Source: Candidatus Nanohaloarchaea archaeon (GTDB lineage: Archaea > Nanohalarchaeota > Nanosalinia > Nanosalinales > Nanosalinaceae). From it: a DNA stretch of 64,000 nt. Under the pieces are notes generated by a model. The model was not told where the DNA came from. It was given only the letters and a program-made list of their open reading frames with translations, and did no database searches. The position numbers and the translations under genes were made by a program. Of this stretch, positions 37,002-46,192 are shown piece after piece. The first letter of the stretch is position 1; the number at the start of each line of letters is the position of its first letter. The stretch spans positions 1 to 64,000 of the forward strand of contig JACOQA010000004.1 in the NCBI GenBank assembly GCA_014297435.1. Direction: 5' to 3'.

Positions 37002-39407
37002 TTAGATAGAACTGGCTCGTTCAAAAGTTCTTCCGTAAGATCCGTAGAGACCTGCTTGAATCATTAAAGCCATTATAAAGATAAAAATAATCTGTATCGA
37101 TCCTATTCCTGGCACCTCTTTCGATGGCGAGACTGAACTAGACTCTCTAACTAACACAGGAAGCTTTCTCACTGTCTCAGTGTTGAAATTCCGGTTTCTG
37201 GTAGTTACTACAAGATTTCGTTTTTCAGTTTTACCTGATGGCGGATTAGGAACAACCTCTATCAGAAATCTTTCGGATTCTCCAGGTCCTAGCTCGAAGC
37301 CTATATCCTCTTTACCATTGGATTGGAATCTGCTATTCACTCCCGATAAATTGACTGCTAGTTTACGTGGTTCACTGTAGTCGACAAGATTAGTAACAGT
37401 CAAAGGAACAACCTTAGTATTTTTATGGGATGTGACAAGTGAGCCGTATTCGTATTCTATGGTTGGACGGACTCGAAAGCTCGATCCGATAACCTTCTGA
37501 AAATTGTAAGTCCGGGTGGTGGTGTCAACGCCGTCGTATACCTCCATTCTCCAGCGCAACTGCCCTAATTCTCTTACATTCCAATCTGCGCCTATGCGTG
37601 TCCCGTCACCCATCGAGAGCTTTTCATCTATCAAATAACCGTTATTATCATTGTAAAACCTGATATCAACAGAATCGTTATTCCTATCTTCGACCATTGC
37701 ACTTAGCTCTACAGGATAACGGAAAGCATAACCATCATCTTCCGGATCAGGATCACTTATAACCGGAGGAGGATTTTCAACATAGTAGTTTTTCTCGTAA
37801 ACTGATCTAGCGCCATTAGGTCCTGTTAATGTAAATGTGAAGTTGTACCATCTTTCGGCTTCATCAGGAACCAAATTGCCTGTCAGAAACTTCCTTCTAT
37901 TCCCTGTCAGACTCTGTTCACTCAAAGGTTGTCCATCAGCTTCAATCTCTGTTCCTTCTTTAAGTTTGAAGGTTCCATCAACCTCTGAACTTGAGTAGTG
38001 TTCTACATTAAAGCTTGTCTCAAACTCGCGGTTCCAGTCAGGATGGTTTAGCTCCACAGGGTTAAAGTTCGAAACCAGCCGAGGCGGATAACCAAGCTCG
38101 ACACGATTGTTTCCCTCATTAGGCTCCAGTGTTTTACCTTCTCCGTATGATGTAGAGTCCCATTCTCCTCGAGGATCTACATGGGCAAAGACAGCTTCAT
38201 TATCCGAGAAAACTGCATTACTGGTCGAAAAATCAAAATTATATGTCTTAGTTTCACTTGGATTAAGAGGAGAAAGATCTCGTTCAATCTTGTTGCCTGA
38301 ACTGTCTACTAATCGGAATATTCTCTGCTTTGATGCTTCATTCCCACGGTTTTCCACAGTCACAGAAACTCGGATTCTGCCCTGTAAATTCTTATTGTAT
38401 TCAACTGAGGTATCAACGATATCAAAATCCACATAGTTTATTTCTCGTCTATCTTCACTCGAGAAATCATAGATCGTTGTATCACCATCCTCGGTCAACC
38501 TGAAGTAAGAGTTACCTGTCTTTAACACCCGGTTCTGACCCTTTGACGTGTAGCTCCAAGGCATCTCAAATGAGTTAGAACCTTCCTTAACGTTCCTGTC
38601 GAAGACGTATTCCTTTTGACCGCTCGAAAGTATATTGTCAGGGGCGTAAGTAAATGATTTAGAGTTTTCAGGCATAATTATATGGAGTTCAGCACTTCTG
38701 TCCGTGCTAACCGCTTCTCTAATTGAATTATATACCTTATCTACTGTTCCGGACCGAGCATACCAACATCTATCGCTATCATCGTTCTCAGATGAGTATG
38801 TAGAACAAGATTCACCGGTAAGCATGCTTTCGAACTCGCCTGTGCATGCACCACTGCCGTACATGATTGCATGTATCTCTATTCCATCTTCTCTTGCATT
38901 GTTCGCTTGTGTGGTAGCGGATCCTCCACAACCATCCCCTAAAACAATCATAACCTGGTTGGGGTTGGAGCCGCCATTCAATGCACTATGACCCTCTGAG
39001 ACTGCTGAAGAGTGATCTGTACCTCCTCCGGAAGAAAGACCATTTATTGCGCTTTTTGCCTTTGATTTACTTGATGTCAGGCTCTGAACTGTGCTGGCTC
39101 CGGATGAAAAGGAAACCACAGCGTTTTGATCGCCCTTTCCGGTATTTGTATTGTCTACATAATTTTTGGCTCCGCTTTGAGCACTGGAGAGGGCTCCGCC
39201 TCCCATACTGCCTGACGTGTCTATCACAAGCGCGGTATCTATAGGCTGATACGTGACCGTTATGTCCCAGTTAAAGTCAGTGGTCAACTGTCTGCCCATA
39301 ACCTCCTCACCTGATATCGAGTAGTCTAGGTTGCTTGCAGGCGCCGAAACCACCGCTGCTAAAAGAGGCAAGAATAACAGAAATAAAATTCCTCTCGAGA
39401 ATCTCAT
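37002..39407 (-). CDS. Surface protein paralog: vWA + CARDB/Ig-like domains, C-terminal VPG-TM anchor
   Basis: Signal peptide, DTSGSMG, GGT, LGDG MIDAS residues; C-terminal part closely similar to 34627-36996. Confidence 0.87.
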   Translation of the reverse strand: MRFSRGILFLLFLPLLAAVVSAPASNLDYSISGEEVMGRQLTTDFNWDITVTYQPIDTALVIDTSGSMGGGALSSAQSGAKNYVDNTNTGKGDQNAVVSFSSGASTVQSLTSSKSKAKSAINGLSSGGGTDHSSAVSEGHSALNGGSNPNQVMIVLGDGCGGSATTQANNAREDGIEIHAIMYGSGACTGEFESMLTGESCSTYSSENDDSDRCWYARSGTVDKVYNSIREAVSTDRSAELHIIMPENSKSFTYAPDNILSSGQKEYVFDRNVKEGSNSFEMPWSYTSKGQNRVLKTGNSYFRLTEDGDTTIYDFSSEDRREINYVDFDIVDTSVEYNKNLQGRIRVSVTVENRGNEASKQRIFRLVDSSGNKIERDLSPLNPSETKTYNFDFSTSNAVFSDNEAVFAHVDPRGEWDSTSYGEGKTLEPNEGNNRVELGYPPRLVSNFNPVELNHPDWNREFETSFNVEHYSSSEVDGTFKLKEGTEIEADGQPLSEQSLTGNRRKFLTGNLVPDEAERWYNFTFTLTGPNGARSVYEKNYYVENPPPVISDPDPEDDGYAFRYPVELSAMVEDRNNDSVDIRFYNDNNGYLIDEKLSMGDGTRIGADWNVRELGQLRWRMEVYDGVDTTTRTYNFQKVIGSSFRVRPTIEYEYGSLVTSHKNTKVVPLTVTNLVDYSEPRKLAVNLSGVNSRFQSNGKEDIGFELGPGESERFLIEVVPNPPSGKTEKRNLVVTTRNRNFNTETVRKLPVLVRESSSVSPSKEVPGIGSIQIIFIFIMALMIQAGLYGSYGRTFERASSI

Positions 39408-39453
39408 TAATAACTTCTTACAATTGTTTCAATAAAAATATGGCATTTTTTAC

Positions 39454-40416
39454 TTACAGAACTCTTCTATCTCTTCTCTTAACTTCCGGCGAAAATCTTT
39501 TCTCCAACCTTTTCAGATATTTCTGATCAAGCTTCGCTCTCCTATCTGCCTCCACAATCGGAGAAGGAACAGTGTAACGGTCAGAGCTTTTCATATATAG
39601 TAATTTTGAAGCTATATCATCAGCGTGTTCCGGATCGCCAAAGTAATCGATTCTAAGAGGTAAATCTTGAGAAGAAAGCTTAACATAGAAGGTGTGGATT
39701 CTGTTAACGTCCTGTTCCTCAAGTTTTCCAAGCACAGGATGTTCTACAGGACCTTTTGCATACCGACGTACAAAGCTTCTCTCTCCCTCCTCAAGTATCA
39801 TGTCCATCAAAAGTGTGTCTCTCATCTCACTGATCTCGAAACCCAGCTTCTCTTCGAGTATTTCACCTAGCTTTAAGCCGTAAGAGTCCTCCACTACTCC
39901 TATTAGTTTGCCTGCTCCAGCCATCTTGAAAAGTTCTGTATAGTTTTCAAGTGCTTTATTGTCTTCCAGATAGCTTGGGACCACCGACCCGTCCATCAGC
40001 ACCATATCACACTTCTCAGTCGAATCTATGGCAACCGAAGTTTCTGCTTTCAATCTTTCGGATTCAGCATTCCTATCGATTGAATCTGCCTCCTCCGGTT
40101 CAAAAACATGGTAATCAGGCTCCGGGCTTTTCGAGGGTACGTATTTTGACTCCACTTTATCTTCGGAGAAATCTAGTATGGCTGCGACCGCTCGAATGGC
40201 TACAAGATCCCCTGTAGAGTATCTTTTCTTGATGAGTCCGCCGTCAACTCCTGCGACCTTACCGGGTCGCGTAATTTCAATTTCTTTTCTAAGTTCAGAC
40301 TCTTTAACTACCGCATCTTTTTCGATACTCTCTATATCATCAAATCTTTCCTGAAGATGTGAGCCTTTACTGGTGTTCTCTGAAAGCTTTTCAGCGGCTT
40401 CCTCTATCCCGGGCAT
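39454..40416 (-). CDS. nurA: NurA nuclease
   Basis: AGVDGG, E, LMDGS, YTVPSPIVEADRRAK. Confidence 0.85.
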   Translation of the reverse strand: MPGIEEAAEKLSENTSKGSHLQERFDDIESIEKDAVVKESELRKEIEITRPGKVAGVDGGLIKKRYSTGDLVAIRAVAAILDFSEDKVESKYVPSKSPEPDYHVFEPEEADSIDRNAESERLKAETSVAIDSTEKCDMVLMDGSVVPSYLEDNKALENYTELFKMAGAGKLIGVVEDSYGLKLGEILEEKLGFEISEMRDTLLMDMILEEGERSFVRRYAKGPVEHPVLGKLEEQDVNRIHTFYVKLSSQDLPLRIDYFGDPEHADDIASKLLYMKSSDRYTVPSPIVEADRRAKLDQKYLKRLEKRFSPEVKRRDRRVL

Positions 40417-40454
40417 AAACAGGTATAAGAGGTTTAAAGCTTTAAATCCCGGTT

Positions 40455-41234
40455 ATGGAACTTCACGAACAACTTGAGGAAATCAAATACTTCTTCCTTG
40501 ACCTAGATAAAACGCTCTGGAACTGGGATGACACAATAATAGGAGCCGAAGACTTAGTGCATTCGCTCAGACAGAGGGATAGACAGGTTTATTTCCATAC
40601 AGACAACACCTTATTGACCCGAGAACAGTACGCGAAGAAGCTGACCGGAATGAACATTGGGGCAGAGCCTGAACAGGTTCTGACTGCCGGACATTCCACA
40701 GGTTTGAAACTCGAAAAAGATAATGTAAACAAAGCCTATGTGATCGGAGAATCAGGTCTGATAGAGGAGCTTGAGAGACACGATGTGAAGATGACGGATG
40801 AGGCTGAAAACGTAGTAATGGGTTTCGACAGACAGTTCAGCTATAGAAAGACAAGAAAGGCTATGAAGATCCTAGAAGATGGAGGAAAACTTTATGTCTG
40901 CTCTAACGAACAGGTTTTCAGAACTTCAAAGGTTAAGCAACCCCATCAGGGATTGTTTAACGCCGGCTTCAGACGTTACGACCCTGTTCTTACCGGTAAA
41001 CCAGGTGAAGCGTATATTGATGCTTTTCAGGACTATTTCGATTTCTTCCCCGATCGTTCCTTGCTCGTGGGAGATAGACTTGCGGACGTAGAGCTGGGAA
41101 ACAGGCTTGGAATGAAGACTGGCGCAGTTATGTCAGGTGATATCACAAGAGAGAAGCTTAAGAGGGCTGATGATGTACAGAAACCGGATTTCGGGATTTC
41201 AAGCCTTAACAAGTTGCGAACCAAGTTTGTCTAA
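40455..41234 (+). CDS. HAD superfamily IIA hydrolase (NagD-like)
   Basis: FLDLDKTL, TDN, GKP, VGDRLADV. Confidence 0.9.
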   Translation: MELHEQLEEIKYFFLDLDKTLWNWDDTIIGAEDLVHSLRQRDRQVYFHTDNTLLTREQYAKKLTGMNIGAEPEQVLTAGHSTGLKLEKDNVNKAYVIGESGLIEELERHDVKMTDEAENVVMGFDRQFSYRKTRKAMKILEDGGKLYVCSNEQVFRTSKVKQPHQGLFNAGFRRYDPVLTGKPGEAYIDAFQDYFDFFPDRSLLVGDRLADVELGNRLGMKTGAVMSGDITREKLKRADDVQKPDFGISSLNKLRTKFV

Positions 41235-41270
41235 AAACCTTATTTAATTCTTTATGGCTTATCAGTAGTC

Positions 41271-41921
41271 ATGGAACGAGAATTAAATAAAAGCTTTCTG
41301 AGCAGATCATTAGAAGAAGTCGATCTGCACAATATTGCGCCTCCCCAAAGACTGGGAAGAATAATCAATAAAGATACTAGTCCAACTGATTTTGGGGCAG
41401 ACGAAAGCTTTAGAGGTTATCTAGAGGATTCATCGCGTTATGAAAATGTTCCAAGAACCGGACTAAGATTAGATTTTTGGGATTTTCCCGATCATGTCGT
41501 GGATTTTCTGAAAAGAGAGACTGTGGAAGAACACAGTGATGAGGCAGCTGCAGGAGCAGACCTTGCTGGAAAAGCTATAGAAGTTATTGAAGATTCAAGG
41601 TGGAGGAACTCAGGTTTTTCATGTGCCTTACTAAGCGTGCCTCTTAACGTGCCCGAAACAAAGAAAGTTAACGTAAATCAGTATGCAGGTCCTTCAAAGA
41701 TAGATGTTGCAGCCCCTATACCGGAAGAATATCGTCAGGATGATCGTCTCTCTCAATTTACTGAAGATAATTCAGTAGGGGTGCTAGTGGACGATAATAC
41801 CGTTCTAGCCACTCAACTTGAATATATGATGGACGAACTGGAAGATCAAGGTTACGAATTCGAAGATCTATACCGAATGGGCTTTGAGGAGACAGTAGAG
41901 GGCTACAAGCTTAATTGGTAA
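41271..41921 (+). CDS. Hypothetical protein
   Basis: 216-aa acidic ORF. Confidence 0.7.
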   Translation: MERELNKSFLSRSLEEVDLHNIAPPQRLGRIINKDTSPTDFGADESFRGYLEDSSRYENVPRTGLRLDFWDFPDHVVDFLKRETVEEHSDEAAAGADLAGKAIEVIEDSRWRNSGFSCALLSVPLNVPETKKVNVNQYAGPSKIDVAAPIPEEYRQDDRLSQFTEDNSVGVLVDDNTVLATQLEYMMDELEDQGYEFEDLYRMGFEETVEGYKLNW

Positions 41922-41969
41922 AGGAGTTAAAAGATTCTTCTTCCTTTTCAACCTATAGGTGAACTGAAA

Positions 41970-44042
41970 ATTAAAGACCGCGTAACCGTTACATCCGCAC
42001 TTCCATACATTCACGGCGTTCCACACTTAGGAAATATTGTAGGATCTCTACTGCCTGCGGATATCTTCCACCGATATCTCGACGTAAAAGGCAAGGATAA
42101 CGTCTACATCTGTGGAAGCGATGTCCATGGAACACCTCTCGAACTTGAATCAATCGAAAGAGGTGTTGATGTAGAGGAACTGAAGCAGGAGCAGCACGAA
42201 AAGACGAAGGAAGTGCTTGAAAGGTTCGACATGGACTTCTCAATTTACTCGGATACTGACTGCGAACACAACAAGAAGCAGACTTACGACATGTTCGAGG
42301 AGCTTTACTGCAGCGGTTACATCAAACAGAAAGAACAGAACCTTCCATACTGTTTAAATGATAGAAGATTTCTGCCTGACAGGTATATTGAAGGAGAATG
42401 TCCTCACTGTGGAGGTTTAGCTCGTGGTGACCAGTGCGATGACTGTGGTAAACTGGTTGAACCTCAAGAGCTTGATAATAAGGAATGTCAGATCTGCGGC
42501 AACTCAAACATCGAGTTCAGAGACACGAAACATCTTTTCCTCGACCTAGAACCGTTTAAGGAAGATCTAAATGAATGGATAGATTCAGATCCTGTTCCTG
42601 TGAACATGGAGAAGCAGGTTGAAAACGATATTGCAGAAGCTGAGGACCGCTCAATTACTAGAGATCAGAAGTGGGGATTCGACGTCCCAGTTGAAAGAGT
42701 GAACAAGAGGATCGAAGAAGAGAATCTTGATGTCCCAAAACTTGGCGAAGAGTTTGAGGACAAAGTTCTCTATGTGTGGTTTGACGCTCCAATAGGTTAT
42801 ATCGGGTTTACCAGAGAGCTTTTTGATGATAACGATGAGTGGAAGGATTACTGGATGAATGATAGGAGCGATGTTTTCTACTCGATCGGGAAAGACAATG
42901 CTATCTTCCACACAGTTATCTGGCCAAGTATGCTGAAGGGATCCTCAACAGAGGAAGAGAGTTATACTCTTCCTACATATGAGTTTATCCAGCAGTACCT
43001 TCTGGCTGAGGACACCAAGTTCTCGAAGTCAAGAGGTAAAGGACTGAGTACTGAGGAGGCGCTTGACATGTATCCTTCGGATTACTGGCGTTTTTACCTG
43101 GCACGAAACATTCCATCACACCACGACACGAGATTTGAATGGCAGGACTTTGAGAAAGAGATCAACAACGTGTTAAACGATACTGTCGGCAACTTTGTCA
43201 ACCGTACTCTTTCTCTGGCTGAGAAATGGTTCGACAACCAGGTTCCTGATCCGGAACTAGAAGAGAGGGATGAGGAGATTGTTGAGGAAGCCGAGGAAAT
43301 TGTTCAAGAGTACGAGAGGAAGTTTGAGGAGCATGACTTGAAGGAGGCTCTTGACGAGGCTTTGAAGCTAGCCAGGCTCGGAGACCAGTATCTTTCAGAC
43401 GAAGAACCTTGGAACAATGAGGAAAGAAGAGAGGAAACAATCCATGTTTCAATCCAGTTGTGTAGGGCTATCGGAGCCACTTTGTATCCTTACACTCCCG
43501 AAGCTTCTGAGAAGATCGGAGACATGCTTAACACAGAGATAGATACTTCGGAAAGTGTTGACGAGTTTTCGGATCCTCTACTAGGAGGGGTAAACTCAGG
43601 TCATGAACTAGGTGAGAGAGAAATCCTCTTCGAGAAGATCGATGTGGAGGAAGACCGAGAAAATGAGGATGAATCAGAGGAAGAGGTAAACGATGAACTG
43701 AAACGTTTGAACTCGGAAACAGTCGGCTTTGAAGAGTTCGGAGAAAACGAAATCAGGATCGGAAAAGTTCTTTCTGTAGACGAACATCCTAATGCCGACA
43801 AACTATACAAGATCAGGATTGATGTAGGAGGAGCAGAACTACAGACATGTGCAGGTTTGAAGAACTATTACTCGAAGGACGAACTTGAGAACAGGAAAGT
43901 TGTTGTCCTTGCTAACCTCGAACCTGCCGAGCTTAGAGGAGAGAAAAGCGAGTGCATGATCCTAGTTGCGGAAGATGAAGAAGGGAACGTCTCCTTGTTA
44001 GAGACGGGAGAGGAAATGAAAGAAGGAAGCGAAATTAAATAG
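41970..44042 (+). CDS. metG: Methionyl-tRNA synthetase; non-canonical start (ATT 41970 or ATA 41955)
   Basis: In-frame TSALPYIHGVPHLGN and CGSDVHGTP lie upstream of the ORF-track start 42213; Zn knuckles, YVWFDA, KFSKS, C-terminal tRNA-binding OB domain. Confidence 0.95.
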   Translation: MKDRVTVTSALPYIHGVPHLGNIVGSLLPADIFHRYLDVKGKDNVYICGSDVHGTPLELESIERGVDVEELKQEQHEKTKEVLERFDMDFSIYSDTDCEHNKKQTYDMFEELYCSGYIKQKEQNLPYCLNDRRFLPDRYIEGECPHCGGLARGDQCDDCGKLVEPQELDNKECQICGNSNIEFRDTKHLFLDLEPFKEDLNEWIDSDPVPVNMEKQVENDIAEAEDRSITRDQKWGFDVPVERVNKRIEEENLDVPKLGEEFEDKVLYVWFDAPIGYIGFTRELFDDNDEWKDYWMNDRSDVFYSIGKDNAIFHTVIWPSMLKGSSTEEESYTLPTYEFIQQYLLAEDTKFSKSRGKGLSTEEALDMYPSDYWRFYLARNIPSHHDTRFEWQDFEKEINNVLNDTVGNFVNRTLSLAEKWFDNQVPDPELEERDEEIVEEAEEIVQEYERKFEEHDLKEALDEALKLARLGDQYLSDEEPWNNEERREETIHVSIQLCRAIGATLYPYTPEASEKIGDMLNTEIDTSESVDEFSDPLLGGVNSGHELGEREILFEKIDVEEDRENEDESEEEVNDELKRLNSETVGFEEFGENEIRIGKVLSVDEHPNADKLYKIRIDVGGAELQTCAGLKNYYSKDELENRKVVVLANLEPAELRGEKSECMILVAEDEEGNVSLLETGEEMKEGSEIK

Positions 44043-44045
44043 AAG

Positions 44046-44333
44046 TTAATTAAGCTCTATCCTGTCTATTCCTTTCTTTTTCGCTTCTCTTACTAGAGGA
44101 TTATCATCTATCACAAAATCATTCTCTTCATAACCTGTTTCTTCCTCCACAGTCTCTCCTCTCACACGCGTATCTAGACTTCCGTGTGTTCCTCTTGCTT
44201 CAAACTTATAGGATGCCTCTGTCTGTTCAAGCTGGTCCATGAGTTCTCCGATTGGTTTTTCGTTCAGATGTTCACCGTCATCCAAAGCGGCGGTATGGTC
44301 GTATACTTCGTCTGATCCACTTTCATAGTCCAT
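44046..44333 (-). CDS. Hypothetical acidic protein
   Basis: ATG 44333 follows SD GGAGG embedded in the end of the previous gene. Confidence 0.65.
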   Translation of the reverse strand: MDYESGSDEVYDHTAALDDGEHLNEKPIGELMDQLEQTEASYKFEARGTHGSLDTRVRGETVEEETGYEENDFVIDDNPLVREAKKKGIDRIELN

Positions 44334-44334
44334 T

Positions 44335-44808
44335 TTAGTAGCCTCCATCGGGAATATATCCTTCTCCAAGTTTCTCCTTGATCTCTGGTACACAAGGTTC
44401 GTCAAGGGATTCTACAACTGTTTCAAGATCTTCCGTCTTTTCTGATCTGTAAACTTCGACTGAATCGGGCGATTTACCGTTTACTTCAATTCTTTCGTAA
44501 AGCCTTTCTCCTTCATCGTTCTTTATTGCAGTTGTCTTGTGTTTCTTACCGTCTACATCAAATTCTGCAGTCTCAATAGTATAGGCTGAACTGTCGACCA
44601 GAACTTTTGTAGTGTTAAGCCCCCCATCTTCTGAGCTGGCTGCTTCAGCCACCAAGTGGCGTTCTTCCATAGGGCGATACGCTTCCATCTGACCGTATCC
44701 GCCATCAGTTCTAGCCTCCTCGTTTAAGTTTTCTGGATTGTCGAGTTCCAGTTTTGGAACATCTTCTTCCAAAATGGTTTCTATTTTGCTGTCTGTATTG
44801 CTGTTCAT
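44335..44808 (-). CDS. Hypothetical acidic protein
   Basis: 157 aa, SD GAGGTGA; TDGGY and PDGGY motifs. Confidence 0.7.
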   Translation of the reverse strand: MNSNTDSKIETILEEDVPKLELDNPENLNEEARTDGGYGQMEAYRPMEERHLVAEAASSEDGGLNTTKVLVDSSAYTIETAEFDVDGKKHKTTAIKNDEGERLYERIEVNGKSPDSVEVYRSEKTEDLETVVESLDEPCVPEIKEKLGEGYIPDGGY

Positions 44809-44918
44809 TTTGTGTTCACCTCAATTTTCTGTTTCGTAATTTGTCTTGTTCCAACCTCTTCGTTGAGTTCTTCGAGGCTTTCGTTGGTCGCGTTGTCGTA
44901 AATCACGTCCGGACTCAT
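44805..44918 (-). CDS. 37-aa microprotein (not in ORF track)
   Basis: MSPDVIYDNATNESLEELNEEVGTRQITKQKIEVNTK*; ATGA overlap with the next gene. Confidence 0.55.
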   Translation of the reverse strand: MSPDVIYDNATNESLEELNEEVGTRQITKQKIEVNTK

Positions 44919-45398
44919 GTGTTGTTATTACTTAGTGACACATAAAAAGGTTGTGGTGCACCGCAACCTAACCGATATTTCAAACCTCAAAATATATAAC
45001 GCGGAACATCAGAGAAAACTAGATCCTGATTCCCGAAAATATCAACCTAATAATTCTCAGCAATGCCTTTCCCCATTATCTTTAGAGCAGGTAGATAGCC
45101 ACCTAAACCAATCCTTCATAAGTATCCAGGGCTTCTTCCACCAAATCAACCCCATCAACAACTTGATCTAAGAACTCAAAACGGAAAACATCTTCTTGTC
45201 TAGATCTGGGTCCATAGACACAAGATAAGAATATCCCCCCAAGACCTCGAAAAATATTCAAATTCCTCATTTACTTCAGAAGCCATACCCATATCCACGT
45301 AGACTCCAAGAAATACCTCTTCTCCTGATTTAGAAACTGAATCTATGAACGAGATATAGTTTCAAAATATAAAATACTGAATTTCAGGTAGCAAAGAT

Positions 45399-46178
45399 AT
45401 GAAACTCAAGTTTCTAGGAACCGGCGGAGGAAGATATGCCACAGGAAAACAGCTAAGAAAAACAGGCGGAATAATTGTGAAAACCGATGAAACACAGATC
45501 CATATTGATCCGGGTCCTGGCGCACTCGTCGAAACACACTCAGAACTAGAGAAACCAGAAGATACGGAAGCAATCATAGTTTCCCACGGTCACCCTGACC
45601 ACTCGAACGATGCAGAACCTATTATTGAGATGATGACTCACTGCTTTGAACATCCCGGAACCGTTTTTGCTTCCGAAAGCGTTCTCTCAGGTTTCGGCGA
45701 GATCGAGAAAGGGATCAGCACTTACCACCAAAACCTCTGTGGGAAAGTCAAAACACTTGAAGAAGGTACAGAGGTCGAGTTCAAGGACGTGAAAATTGAG
45801 TCCCAACAAATGTTCCACTCAGATCCTAGAACACAGGGATTCACAATTGAGACCGGTGAGAAGAGGATCGGTTTCTGGACAGACACCGAGTACTCAGAAG
45901 AACTACTTGATCTTTACGAAGGCTGTGACACCATGGTCATTTACTGTTCCAGACCGAGAAGCAACGAGATTCCGAGCCATACCTCAATAGAAAAGGTGCC
46001 GGACATAATCAAGTCAGTTCAACCTCAAACAGCTATACTGACACACTTCGGCTCTAAATTTTTGGAGTCGGACATGGAAGCAGAACGAGAATGGATAGAG
46101 GAGAAAGTAGAATCGAAAGTTATATTGGCGGAGGATGGAATGGAGTTTCCCGGGAATCGTAGTTTAGGCGACTTTTAG
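45399..46178 (+). CDS. Metallo-beta-lactamase fold hydrolase
   Basis: FLGTGGG, IDPGPG, SHGHPDHSND, TDT, LTHFG. Confidence 0.9.
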   Translation: MKLKFLGTGGGRYATGKQLRKTGGIIVKTDETQIHIDPGPGALVETHSELEKPEDTEAIIVSHGHPDHSNDAEPIIEMMTHCFEHPGTVFASESVLSGFGEIEKGISTYHQNLCGKVKTLEEGTEVEFKDVKIESQQMFHSDPRTQGFTIETGEKRIGFWTDTEYSEELLDLYEGCDTMVIYCSRPRSNEIPSHTSIEKVPDIIKSVQPQTAILTHFGSKFLESDMEAEREWIEEKVESKVILAEDGMEFPGNRSLGDF

Positions 46179-46192
46179 CATTTTAAGAAGTT

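Noticed and set aside
44990-45360. Possible degraded gene on the minus strand
   Set aside because: Multiple stops and no recognisable motif; cannot be supported
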